DNA of 42,936 nucleotides, from positions 1 to 42,936 of the forward strand of contig JBHLME010000023.1 in NCBI GenBank assembly GCA_048938445.1. The letters run 5' to 3'. The DNA comes from Promethearchaeota archaeon (GTDB lineage Archaea; Asgardarchaeota; Lokiarchaeia; Sigyniarchaeales; SOKP01). Of this stretch, positions 10,403 through 19,719 are shown in pieces. The stretch's first letter is position 1. Each line of letters starts with the position of its first letter. The position numbers and the translations under genes were made by a program. The notes under the pieces are model-generated. The model searched no databases. It had not been told where the DNA came from and was given only the letters and a program-made list of their open reading frames with translations.

Positions 10403-11872
10403 TTATACATTATCTGGATTCCAAAATGATTTTACTCCATGAAAGTCTTTAAAATTTTTCATATTTTGTGTTAAAATCTTAACTGTTGAAGAAAATCTAT
10501 AAAAACTCGTGAAGGTATTATAAAATGTTTTTAATAAGAAATTTGGTTGCATAAAAAATTGTTTTAACATTTCAAGAATTAAATTAGATATTATTTCAGT
10601 TGGAACGCCATTCGGATCAATATCTGATATGTGGATTCCTTGTTCCCAATGCTTTTCTTCATTCAAAATTTTTTTTTCAACCAATTCATCCCAAATATCA
10701 GTTCCTGGCATTGTTCCTAGAATATTATATACCGGGAAATCAATATCTAATTTCTGGGGAAATTTTAAAGTATTATATATTTCTTTGTAAGTTTCACCGG
10801 GAGCTCCAACTATAAAGGAAGCTAGTATGAGTGGAATTTTAGCCTTTCGAGCTTTTTTTATAGCAAGTCTAGATTTTTCAGGAGTTATTTCCTTTCTATA
10901 ATAGTTTAAAATCCTCTGATTTGCACTTTCAACCCCAAAACAAATAATTCTACATTTTGATCTTTGCATTTCTTTAATCATATCATTTGAAATTTGATTA
11001 ACTCTTCCCTCACAGATCCAATTTATATCAACTTTATTTTTTCGCAATAATTGACATAATTTAATTACTCTCTTCTTTGAAACAGTAAAGTTATCATCTA
11101 CAAAGTTAATATATTCATAACCTTCACTTTCTAAATATAAGATTTCATCCATTACATTCTCAACAGAACGACGTCTAAACATGACGGAATTTTTACCATG
11201 ACAGAACCTACATCTATAAGGACACCCACGAGAAGATATTATTGATGTAAATCCCTTCGGTGCAAATTCCAAACCAGCAAAACTCCCAGTATATTCAAGA
11301 TTTAGGGCTTTTCTATCGGGGAATGGTAATTCATCAAGATTTTTTATTAATTCTCTATTCTCATTTCTTTTAATGATTCCATTCTCTCTATATGTAATTC
11401 CTTGAATATCCGTTAATGGAGTATTTTTCTCAAACGCTTTTACTAATTCTAGAAAGGTTATTTCTCCCTCATCCCTAACACATACATCAACATGGGGATA
11501 TTTATTTAAAATTTTATAATCATTAACAGTTGCATGACGGTTTCCAAATACAATTTTTATATTTGGATTCCATTCCTTTATAACTTTAGAAGTCAATGCA
11601 GCACTGATACCAGATCCAGACGCAGTTAAAGTAGAAAATCCTAATATATCTGGATCTCTTTTTTTTATCCAGTTTACCAATTGTTCTAGAGAATATCCAA
11701 GTGCTGCTTGATCAATTAAATCAACAGTATAATTTTCATTCTTTAAAATTGCACTCAAATAACATAGTCCTAATGGGGGATAGATATGATCGGCATTTGC
11801 TAGAATTCTTCCTTTTTTTATAATGTCCCCTGGCCCAGGATTTACTAATGCTATTTTAATTCCATTCACCAT
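10403..11872 (-). CDS. B12-binding radical SAM enzyme (class B type)
   Basis: PPLGLCYLSA, GNRHAT, SSRGCPYRCRFC, DDNFT, GVESA. Confidence 0.92.
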   Translation of the reverse strand: MVNGIKIALVNPGPGDIIKKGRILANADHIYPPLGLCYLSAILKNENYTVDLIDQAALGYSLEQLVNWIKKRDPDILGFSTLTASGSGISAALTSKVIKEWNPNIKIVFGNRHATVNDYKILNKYPHVDVCVRDEGEITFLELVKAFEKNTPLTDIQGITYRENGIIKRNENRELIKNLDELPFPDRKALNLEYTGSFAGLEFAPKGFTSIISSRGCPYRCRFCHGKNSVMFRRRSVENVMDEILYLESEGYEYINFVDDNFTVSKKRVIKLCQLLRKNKVDINWICEGRVNQISNDMIKEMQRSKCRIICFGVESANQRILNYYRKEITPEKSRLAIKKARKAKIPLILASFIVGAPGETYKEIYNTLKFPQKLDIDFPVYNILGTMPGTDIWDELVEKKILNEEKHWEQGIHISDIDPNGVPTEIISNLILEMLKQFFMQPNFLLKTFYNTFTSFYRFSSTVKILTQNMKNFKDFHGVKSFWNPDNV

Positions 11873-11974
11873 TAATGTTAGAAATCATTACTTATATAAT
11901 AATTAATAAAGTTATAAGAAATCTAAATCATATCAAGATAGAATTTAAAATTCTTTTTTATCTTTTTAATTTTT

Positions 11975-13462
11975 TTAAAAATCATAATCTTTAGTTGAAA
12001 ATTTTCCATACCCGGATAATCTTAAATGTCTTAATCTCATGAGAGTTCTCATTCCAGTATTAATATGTTTAAGAAAATCTAAACCAACTCTACGCTTGTA
12101 TTGGCTTAAAAGAAAATCAGGAAATGATTTTAATAACCAATTTAATCTTTTAAGTGATATAAATTCTCTATACGTTCGTCTAATAATATCTAATATTACT
12201 TTTTTTTCTGATTCTGAATGAGTTAAATCAATAACTCTTGATGTGTTTTCCCATTCTGAATTCTCATTTATTAATCCTTGTTTCACTAAATCATCCCACA
12301 TGGGGATTCCGGGCCAAGTTTCAACGATATTTAAAAAAAAGAAATCCACACCAGAATTCATTGCAAATTTTGCTGTGTTCCGGCACTCAGAAATCGTTTC
12401 ATAGGGAGCACCTATCATGAATAAACCTATTATAAAGTCTATCTTAGCATCTTTAGCCATTTTTATTGCTCTCAGTGATTGTTCGGGAGTTATGTTCTTA
12501 TTATAATATTTTAAAATTCTAGGATTTGCACTCTCAATTCCAAAACTAATTGATTTACACCCAGCTAATGCCATTTGTTGAAAAAATTCCCTTGTAACTT
12601 TATCAACCCGCATTTCCACGTGCCAATTTATATCAAGATTTTCTTTTTTTAATAATTTACAGAATTTTAATACATTCTTAAGATTTAATGAGAAATTATC
12701 ATCAACGAAAGCAATTTCAGAATATCCTTTTGAAGCGAGATATGAGAATTCTTCAACCAATCGTTCAGGAGATTTGCTTCGATAGTGTCTATTTGAGAGA
12801 GTAGACACAGCACAATAGGAACAATTAAAAGGACAACCACGAGTAAAAAAGGTAGTAGCTAGTCTCGAATCAATGAAATCAATTCCAGCTAAATTCATTC
12901 GATATTGATAATCTATGAGTGAACGATCAGGAAAAGGTAAATCGTCTAAATTTTTTGTTATGGGACAATCGGGATTATGTTTAATTATTCCATTATGATG
13001 ATAACTTAATCCGAGTATGTCAGATGGTTCTTGATCAAGTTCTTTTTCAAGATAATTGAGTAAATCTGAAAAAATATATTCATTCTCTCCACGAACACAA
13101 TAATCTACAAGATGGTTATACTTTTTTAAAATCTGGTCAGCACACATAGTAGGGTGATAATGCCCTAATACAATTTTAATAGATGGATTCCATTCTTTTG
13201 TCATTTGGGCAATTTTAATAGAGGATAAAAATCCTACCGTCATGGCAGACATTCCAAGAACGTCAGGATCAATTTTCTTGATCCAATCTAGGACTTGGTA
13301 ATGATTGATTTCTGTTGATGCTTGATCTAATAAGTGAACTTGATGTCCTTGTTTTTTTAATATAGTTCCTAATAAAAGAATTCCTAAAGGAGGCCATTTT
13401 TGGCCATAAAACTGCTCATCTTCCCCAATAATAGGACTTGGGTTTATTAACGCGATTTTCAA
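11975..13462 (-). CDS. B12-binding radical SAM enzyme (class B type)
   Basis: PPLGILLLG, GHYHPT, TRGCPFNCSYC, DDNFS, GIESA; TTG start with GAGG upstream. Confidence 0.92.
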   Translation of the reverse strand: MKIALINPSPIIGEDEQFYGQKWPPLGILLLGTILKKQGHQVHLLDQASTEINHYQVLDWIKKIDPDVLGMSAMTVGFLSSIKIAQMTKEWNPSIKIVLGHYHPTMCADQILKKYNHLVDYCVRGENEYIFSDLLNYLEKELDQEPSDILGLSYHHNGIIKHNPDCPITKNLDDLPFPDRSLIDYQYRMNLAGIDFIDSRLATTFFTRGCPFNCSYCAVSTLSNRHYRSKSPERLVEEFSYLASKGYSEIAFVDDNFSLNLKNVLKFCKLLKKENLDINWHVEMRVDKVTREFFQQMALAGCKSISFGIESANPRILKYYNKNITPEQSLRAIKMAKDAKIDFIIGLFMIGAPYETISECRNTAKFAMNSGVDFFFLNIVETWPGIPMWDDLVKQGLINENSEWENTSRVIDLTHSESEKKVILDIIRRTYREFISLKRLNWLLKSFPDFLLSQYKRRVGLDFLKHINTGMRTLMRLRHLRLSGYGKFSTKDYDF

Positions 13463-13771
13463 GTTTTAAAAATCCTCATTTTTTATTATTATATTATAAT
13501 TTGTTATATAATTAACGCATAAATATTGTCTTTTATTTTTCTATTTCCAATTAGGATGATTTATTTTAAGATATGGTTTTTGAATAATTAATCCTCTTTT
13601 TTAAAAATTTGCATAAAATTATTATACTATAATGTAACTTGGTTATTTTAGATAATCAATTAACTATCTTAGTCTTTCAAATTTCTTAAATTGGATAATA
13701 TTTTACCTATGAAGCAAAACAATATTAAATCTTTATTTTATATAGAAAAAAAAGATTATATGATTAAATTA

Positions 13772-14077
13772 TTAGAAAATTGATGACATAATCATGCTTA
13801 AAAGGCTAACAATGAATATACATAAAAGAGCAACTAAAATTCCAGCAATTCCAAAGATCAATCCAACAATTCCCGGTGCTTTACTATCATTTGTAGCTAT
13901 CCCTACTATACTTAAGATAACACCTACACCAGGGAGAATTAGCCATAGTAAATCTATTATTACGGGATATGCTATTAAATCTTTTAAGAATGGTGCTATC
14001 AATAAAGGTCCAATTATGGCAAGAGCAAGTCCAAAGATACTCAATACTAATCCAGTAATACCTGATCCATTTCCCAC
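13772..14077 (-). CDS. Small 3-TM membrane protein, tandem paralogue 1 (DUF4190-like)
   Basis: MGNGSGITGLVLSI...LSIVGIATNDSKAPGIVGLIFG; GTG start; conserved in three neighbours. Confidence 0.85.
   Translation of the reverse strand: MGNGSGITGLVLSIFGLALAIIGPLLIAPFLKDLIAYPVIIDLLWLILPGVGVILSIVGIATNDSKAPGIVGLIFGIAGILVALLCIFIVSLLSMIMSSIF
13845..13915. repeat. 71-bp exact direct repeat, copy 1 (second copy at 15556-15626)
   Basis: gcaattccaaagatcaatccaacaattcccggtgctttactatcatttgtagctatccctactatacttaa is present in both paralogue 1 and paralogue 4. Confidence 0.9.
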
Positions 14078-14324
14078 TTAAATCACTATTTCATCTTTTT
14101 TTGTTATTTTTCATTTGAATTTCTTAAAGATAATTGTATAACTATTGTTCTTGTATTATAAAAACCTACCTATTAGAACGTGTTCTATTTGAATATGCAT
14201 TAATGTATACTACAATCTTGAAAGTTGGTTTAGAAGATAATAAATTACTGAAATTGAATAATTGTTTATTACAAGAATAAATCTGAGTTCTATTATTAAA
14301 GAGAAAAAAAAATTAGATAAGATG

Positions 14325-14657
14325 TTAAAGATAAGGAAAAATTGATGGTAAGATCATTTGTATGAACATATTAATTAATATACTAGCGATAGCTACGACA
14401 ACTCCGATAAGCCCGAAGACTAAACCAATGATCCCTGGAGCTTTGTTATCATTTGTAGATACACCTATTATAGATAAGATAGTACCGATTCCAGGAAGAA
14501 CAGGCGTGAAATAAATTGACGTGCTTAAAATATATAAGAAAATTCCAGTAATACCTACGAATAGTGCCATTATTATATACAATAAGGTCATAACGATAGT
14601 TACCACAAATCCAATGACACTTAAAACCAATCCTATAATACCAGTTGCGTTTCCCAA
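14325..14657 (-). CDS. Small 3-TM membrane protein, tandem paralogue 2 (start re-assigned to TTG at 14657; ORF track gives 14669)
   Basis: TTG-GGA-AAC aligns with the MGN start of the paralogues, and GGTGA lies 5 nt upstream of it; contains STNDNKAPG. Confidence 0.8.
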   Translation of the reverse strand: MGNATGIIGLVLSVIGFVVTIVMTLLYIIMALFVGITGIFLYILSTSIYFTPVLPGIGTILSIIGVSTNDNKAPGIIGLVFGLIGVVVAIASILINMFIQMILPSIFPYL

Positions 14658-14870
14658 TTGATTCACCATAAATTTTATCGGATTTTTTTATTAAGGTTTT
14701 TCTTAAAAAGATATAAGATTATTACTAATGTACAATAAAAATCTTTCGATGAAGGATGATTTTATAATAATAGTTTTGAGGTAATTAAATCTTAATATCT
14801 ATTAATTAAATCTATTTTTCTGAAAATATTCAAAAAAAAAAGGTAAAAAAAAGAGGTGTAAATCTTTTAA

Positions 14871-15215
14871 TTATGGATAGTAATAGTATGGCATCATCAT
14901 CATCATTTGAAAAAATCCAAGTAATAATATACCAACGATAGATAATGCAACTCCGATAAGTCCAAAGACCAAACCAACAATTCCTGGAGCCTTACTGTCA
15001 TTTGTGGCGATGCCTACTATACTTAAAATAGTTCCAATTGCAGGAAGAACTGGTGTTAAATACATGGCTAGAGCTAAATAATTTGATAGAGTTATACTAA
15101 ATCCATACGATGGGCCCATTACTATTATTATAAAATTTATTAATGTAAGAACTATTGCAACGGCTACTCCTATGATACTTAAAACCAATCCTGTAATTCC
15201 TGTACCATTTCCCAT
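14871..15215 (-). CDS. Small 3-TM membrane protein, tandem paralogue 3
   Basis: MGNGTGITGLVLSI...ATNDSKAPG; C-terminal tail MMMMMPYYYYP. Confidence 0.85.
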   Translation of the reverse strand: MGNGTGITGLVLSIIGVAVAIVLTLINFIIIVMGPSYGFSITLSNYLALAMYLTPVLPAIGTILSIVGIATNDSKAPGIVGLVFGLIGVALSIVGILLLGFFQMMMMMPYYYYP

Positions 15216-15470
15216 TTAAATCACTAATCTTTCTGTTTTTGGTTTTTTATTTTTCTCTTCTTTATGAAGATAATATGTTTTTTTTTTTATATAATAAAAA
15301 TCTTTTGATTAGAGTAAAAAATGATAATTTTGGTTAGTATTATACTTCAACAAAACAAATCAAATACCTTGGATCATTCAAATTTCTTGAATTCAATAAA
15401 TACTTTATCCTTAAAATAATACTGAGTTTTAAGTTAATAAAAAAAAAAATAAGATTATAAGTTTAAATTA

Positions 15471-15788
15471 TTAGAAATATGTTGGCGTAAACATACTTAA
15501 AATGTAACTTATAAGGTCACCAAAGACTATGCCAAAAACAGCTACTAAAACCCCGGCAATTCCAAAGATCAATCCAACAATTCCCGGTGCTTTACTATCA
15601 TTTGTAGCTATCCCTACTATACTTAATATCACACCTATAGCAGGAAGAATTAACCACAGTAGATTTACTATCATTGCATTTCCTATAAAACCTATTAATA
15701 ATACATTTAAGAATATAGGTGCAATTATGGCAACAACAAGCCCAATGATGCTCAAAATTAATCCAGTAACACCTGATCCATTTCCCAT
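15471..15788 (-). CDS. Small 3-TM membrane protein, tandem paralogue 4
   Basis: MGNGSGVTGLILSI...ATNDSKAPG; GGTGA upstream. Confidence 0.85.
   Translation of the reverse strand: MGNGSGVTGLILSIIGLVVAIIAPIFLNVLLIGFIGNAMIVNLLWLILPAIGVILSIVGIATNDSKAPGIVGLIFGIAGVLVAVFGIVFGDLISYILSMFTPTYF
15556..15626. repeat. 71-bp exact direct repeat, copy 2
   Basis: Identical to 13845-13915 by manual comparison. Confidence 0.9.
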
Positions 15789-15867
15789 TTAGCTCACCAA
15801 TTTTTTGGTTTTGGTATTTTTTAAAATATTGATTTATAAAATAGGTAATAATACTTATATCACTCTT

Positions 15868-15882
15868 CTATATAAACCTTTC
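15868..15882 (-). promoter_or_regulatory. Putative BRE/TATA promoter of paralogue 4, with equivalents at about 14156-14167, 14734-14747 and 15293-15306
   Basis: Minus strand GAAAGGTTTATATAG; related AAAGATTTTTAT or AGGTTTTTAT lie about 80 nt upstream of each of the four starts. Confidence 0.5.
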
Positions 15883-15956
15883 TTAAATAGTATTTTAAAG
15901 AACAACTATCCTTTAACTGAATTGTAAAATAACATAGCTTTTTTTATTTAAGCAAT

Positions 15957-17780
15957 TTATTTGAATGCATCTTTAAACTGCATCTTATAAAGATGTTTAT
16001 AGAAACCTCCTTTTTTCACTAACTCCTCATGCGTGCCTTCCTCTACAATTTTTCCTTCATCTAAGACAACTATGCGATCTGAATTGATTATCGTAGATAA
16101 CCTATGAGCTATCGATATACTCGTTCGATCTTTTAATAAAGTCTCTAAAGCCTGTTGAATTAAAAGTTCAGAATATGGATCTATGCTAGAAGTTGCCTCA
16201 TCTAAAATGAGGATTGGCGGATCCGCAATCAACGCCCTAGCAAAAGCGATTAATTGTCGTTCTCCTGCCGAAAGTTTACTTCCTCTCTCTCCGACTTCAG
16301 TTTCATAACCTTTTTCAAGTTTTACTATGAAATCATGAGCACTTACCTTCTTAGCAACATCTATGATTTCTTCGTCTGTAGCGTCTAATCTCCCATATTT
16401 TATATTGTCCTTAATCGTACCTGAAAATAAAAAATTTTCTTGTAGGACAATTCCCATTTTTTCTCTCAAACTTTTGATTTTAACCTTCCTTAAATCAATT
16501 CCGTCAATTTCAATTATTCCATTTGATGGATCGTAAAATCTGCTAAGTAATTTAATAAAAGTACTTTTTCCAGCCCCAGTATATCCAACTAATGCTAATC
16601 TTTCTTTTTCTTTAATTTTAATATTAACTTGCTTTAAAATCGGGATATTTTCTTCATAATTAAAGTCCACGTTTTTATATTCTATTACACCTTTAATGCT
16701 ATCTAATTGAATTGATTTTACTATATCTTTAATATTTGTTTCTTCTTCAAGTATCGAGATAATACGAGCACCAGCAGCTATTGAATTTTGAAGAAGTGTA
16801 AAAAAACCTAAAAGAGAAAAAAATGGTTCAAAGAATTGGAATACATAAAAAATAAAAGCAACAAGTGAACCTTGTGTCATTAATCCTTCTCTTATTAACA
16901 ATCCTGCAGCAAAAAATAAAATTCCCAATGTAATAGTAATTGCAAACATTATGATCCCTGGAACGAACGCCATCAATTTTCCTGCTTTTATAGTGGTCTC
17001 GCGTTCTAATTCGGTTGAAGATTTAAATTCTAATAGATTTTCCTGTTCTACCGCAAATGATTGGATTATCCTCATTCCCAAGATTGATTCATCTAAATTA
17101 CTAGTTACAGTAGATACTCGATCTCGTAATTCATTAAAATATTTTCGTGCTTTTTTAAATAAAAATCCCCCAAATATAAGGATCATAGGTGTAATTATAA
17201 ATGATAATAATGTTAATTGCCAACTAAGAATAAACATTATAAATAAGACACCAAAAATTAAAAAAAAGTTCCCAATTACCACCAGCAAACCTGATTGTAT
17301 CAATTCTTGAATAGTATTTACGTCATTCGTGAGATAAGATATTTTTTTCCCTGCTGTTTTATCTTTCCCTTCATGATAATCTAGTCCCAATTCTTGAAAT
17401 TTAAAAAATAATTCCGCCCTTAAATTATACATTGTAATGGTTGCAAGTTTAGATATAATATATCCTTGAGCAATTCTTGTTAAAACCCCTGATATTGTAA
17501 ATATAAAGAATAATATCCCTAAAAATAAAATAAAATCCAAATTTCCGGTTGTAGAACCATAACTCCCCCCAAGACCCTCATCAATTAATGTTTTGAAGAT
17601 TAATGGAGTAAACCAGCTAAAAATTATGGTTAATACAATAAATAAAATTAAAGGATAAATTAATTTTCTATTTCCAATATTGACGTATTTATATAACTTT
17701 TTTATTACTTGTAAGGGTTTTAAATTATATTTCTCCTCAAGTTCTTTAAATTTTACTTTCTCTATGTCGTCATTCTCCAT
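15957..17780 (-). CDS. ABC exporter, fused TMD-NBD, consensus-site half of a heterodimer
   Basis: Walker A GYTGAGKS, Walker B ILILDEATSS, H-switch IAHRLS, degenerate signature LSAGERQ. Confidence 0.95.
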   Translation of the reverse strand: MENDDIEKVKFKELEEKYNLKPLQVIKKLYKYVNIGNRKLIYPLILFIVLTIIFSWFTPLIFKTLIDEGLGGSYGSTTGNLDFILFLGILFFIFTISGVLTRIAQGYIISKLATITMYNLRAELFFKFQELGLDYHEGKDKTAGKKISYLTNDVNTIQELIQSGLLVVIGNFFLIFGVLFIMFILSWQLTLLSFIITPMILIFGGFLFKKARKYFNELRDRVSTVTSNLDESILGMRIIQSFAVEQENLLEFKSSTELERETTIKAGKLMAFVPGIIMFAITITLGILFFAAGLLIREGLMTQGSLVAFIFYVFQFFEPFFSLLGFFTLLQNSIAAGARIISILEEETNIKDIVKSIQLDSIKGVIEYKNVDFNYEENIPILKQVNIKIKEKERLALVGYTGAGKSTFIKLLSRFYDPSNGIIEIDGIDLRKVKIKSLREKMGIVLQENFLFSGTIKDNIKYGRLDATDEEIIDVAKKVSAHDFIVKLEKGYETEVGERGSKLSAGERQLIAFARALIADPPILILDEATSSIDPYSELLIQQALETLLKDRTSISIAHRLSTIINSDRIVVLDEGKIVEEGTHEELVKKGGFYKHLYKMQFKDAFK

Positions 17781-17782
17781 TT

Positions 17783-19591
17783 TTAAGCCCTTTCCTCGAT
17801 TTTTAATGTAGAATATAATTTATAATAAATACCCTTAGTTTGAGCGATTAATTCCTCATGGGTTCCTACTTGAGCAATTTCTCCTTTATTTAACACGACT
17901 ATTCTATCAGCATTCCTCACGCTGGATAATCGTTGAGTTATTAAAAATGTCGTACTATTTTTAAAAACTTCTTTAAAGTGTTGTTGTATGGCGTATTCAG
18001 TATCAACATCTACCGAACTAGTTGCGTCATCTAAAATTAATATTTTAGGTTCAATAGCTAAGGCTCGAGCAATGGCCATTCTTTGCTTTTGCCCACCAGA
18101 TAAGGTCGTTCCTCTTTCACTTACTTTAGTATCATATCTTTCAGGTAGTTCTGTTTCAATGAAGCCATGAATGTCAGAAGCAATTGCTGCATCTTGAACT
18201 TTCCTTAAGCTAAGATCTCTTTTTCCGAATGCGATGTTTTCTCTAATTGTTCGAGAAAATAATAATCTATCCTGTGAAACATGTCCAATTTGACTTCGAA
18301 GGGATTTAAATGTAACATCTTTAATATTAATTCCATCAATTAAAATTTCTCCTTTAGTAACGTCATAAAACCTAGGTATTAAGTTTACCAGAGCAGTTTT
18401 ACCAGAACCAGTTGCTCCAAGGATTGCAATATTTTCTCCTGATTTAATTTTTATATTGATATTCTTTAAAATATAATGTTCATTTTCAGGTTTAAAAGAA
18501 AAATATACACTTTTAAATTCAATTTCACCTTTTATTGGGGGTAATTCAATTGCGTCAGGTTTTTCTTCAACAATAATTTTTGAATTTAAAATATTAGCAA
18601 CCCTATCACAAATTTCACTAATTTGTGGCATGTTACCTGTAAATCTTGTAATCTGGTATAAAGGTTCGACAGAAAAATTCATCAAGAGAATAAACGAAAA
18701 TAAATTTCCGAAAGTGATAAAATTAGAGAGAACAAAATATCCTCCTAATAATAAAACTATAAGAAAAGCAATATTATCAATTAAGTATATAATTGGATCA
18801 AATATAACTTGGAGCTTGATGATATTCATAGAATCATTAAAATATTTATCATTTTCTATAGTAAATTCATTAATTTCATGGTCTTCTCGAGCAAATGATT
18901 TAACAACTTGAATTCCTTGAATATTTTCTTGAATTTTATGGGTTAAATCTGCATAAGATTCTCTTGATTTTTTATAAACAGGTCTCATTTTTTTTCTAAA
19001 TCTAAGGAGTACGAAAAATAAGGGGGGAGACATGATTAAAACAAATATAGCAAGTTGAAAATTGATTATAAAAAGAAAAATAAAACTGAATAAAAAAGTA
19101 GTTAATTGTCTCACAAAAAACTGTAAATTATTTCCTAAAAATTCCTTTAAATTATTTACATCACTAGTAGTACGTGAAATTAGCTCTCCAGTTTTATTAT
19201 CATCAAACCATTTAAAACTCATGATTTGAATAGTTGAGAATAAATCATTCCTGAGATTATTTATTACTTTAGCTCCAATTACCCTGTTTATATATATTCG
19301 CACTCCAAATATAATTCCAACAAAAATTTGAGTTATTAGTGCCATGATATAAATTGAAAATACATCAGTTATTAATTTAGAAGGATCAATTAAAATATCC
19401 ATGACTGGCCCTAAAAATAACGGTAATGTTAAGAAAAGAATGGATTGAACAATGCCAAATATTAAAATGAGGGAAAAAGATTTTTTATAATCCCAAAGAT
19501 ATGTCAAAATTTGCCTGAGGCTAGATTTATACTTTGTATTGAGAAAGTGTTCTCTTCTTTCTAAAAACTTATCATTAGCTTCTTTCTCCAT
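17783..19591 (-). CDS. ABC exporter, fused TMD-NBD, degenerate-site half of a heterodimer
   Basis: GATGSGKT, LSGGQKQR, Walker B ILILDDA (E to D), switch ITQRLS (H to Q). Confidence 0.95.
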   Translation of the reverse strand: MEKEANDKFLERREHFLNTKYKSSLRQILTYLWDYKKSFSLILIFGIVQSILFLTLPLFLGPVMDILIDPSKLITDVFSIYIMALITQIFVGIIFGVRIYINRVIGAKVINNLRNDLFSTIQIMSFKWFDDNKTGELISRTTSDVNNLKEFLGNNLQFFVRQLTTFLFSFIFLFIINFQLAIFVLIMSPPLFFVLLRFRKKMRPVYKKSRESYADLTHKIQENIQGIQVVKSFAREDHEINEFTIENDKYFNDSMNIIKLQVIFDPIIYLIDNIAFLIVLLLGGYFVLSNFITFGNLFSFILLMNFSVEPLYQITRFTGNMPQISEICDRVANILNSKIIVEEKPDAIELPPIKGEIEFKSVYFSFKPENEHYILKNINIKIKSGENIAILGATGSGKTALVNLIPRFYDVTKGEILIDGINIKDVTFKSLRSQIGHVSQDRLLFSRTIRENIAFGKRDLSLRKVQDAAIASDIHGFIETELPERYDTKVSERGTTLSGGQKQRMAIARALAIEPKILILDDATSSVDVDTEYAIQQHFKEVFKNSTTFLITQRLSSVRNADRIVVLNKGEIAQVGTHEELIAQTKGIYYKLYSTLKIEERA

Positions 19592-19719
19592 TATTAATAA
19601 TTAAAAATATAAGAAAAAAAAATAAACTTATTATTAACTTTTTAAAAGCTTTTAGTTAGATTTTTAATCCTATCCGAATTTTAATTAGTAATTCCTGTAA
19701 AACGAAATTTTAAAGAAAA

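Noticed and set aside
14892-14906. (CAT)5 microsatellite as a phase-variation site
   Set aside because: It simply encodes Met5, which has a single codon; slippage would stay in frame.
13845-15626. Diversity-generating retroelement TR/VR pair or CRISPR-like repeat
   Set aside because: The tracts are identical rather than adenine-mismatched, both lie in coding sequence, there are only two copies, and no reverse transcriptase or cas genes are present.
13794-15792. Plus-strand ORFs 13794..14081 and 15529..15792 that resemble each other
   Set aside because: They are antisense shadows of the 3-TM paralogues; their similarity follows from the shared DNA.
7213-19591. Confident call of a RiPP/proteusin cluster
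   Set aside because: The small proteins lack a recognisable leader/core boundary, the ABC lacks a peptidase domain, and no RRE or protease is evident; kept only as a minor alternative.
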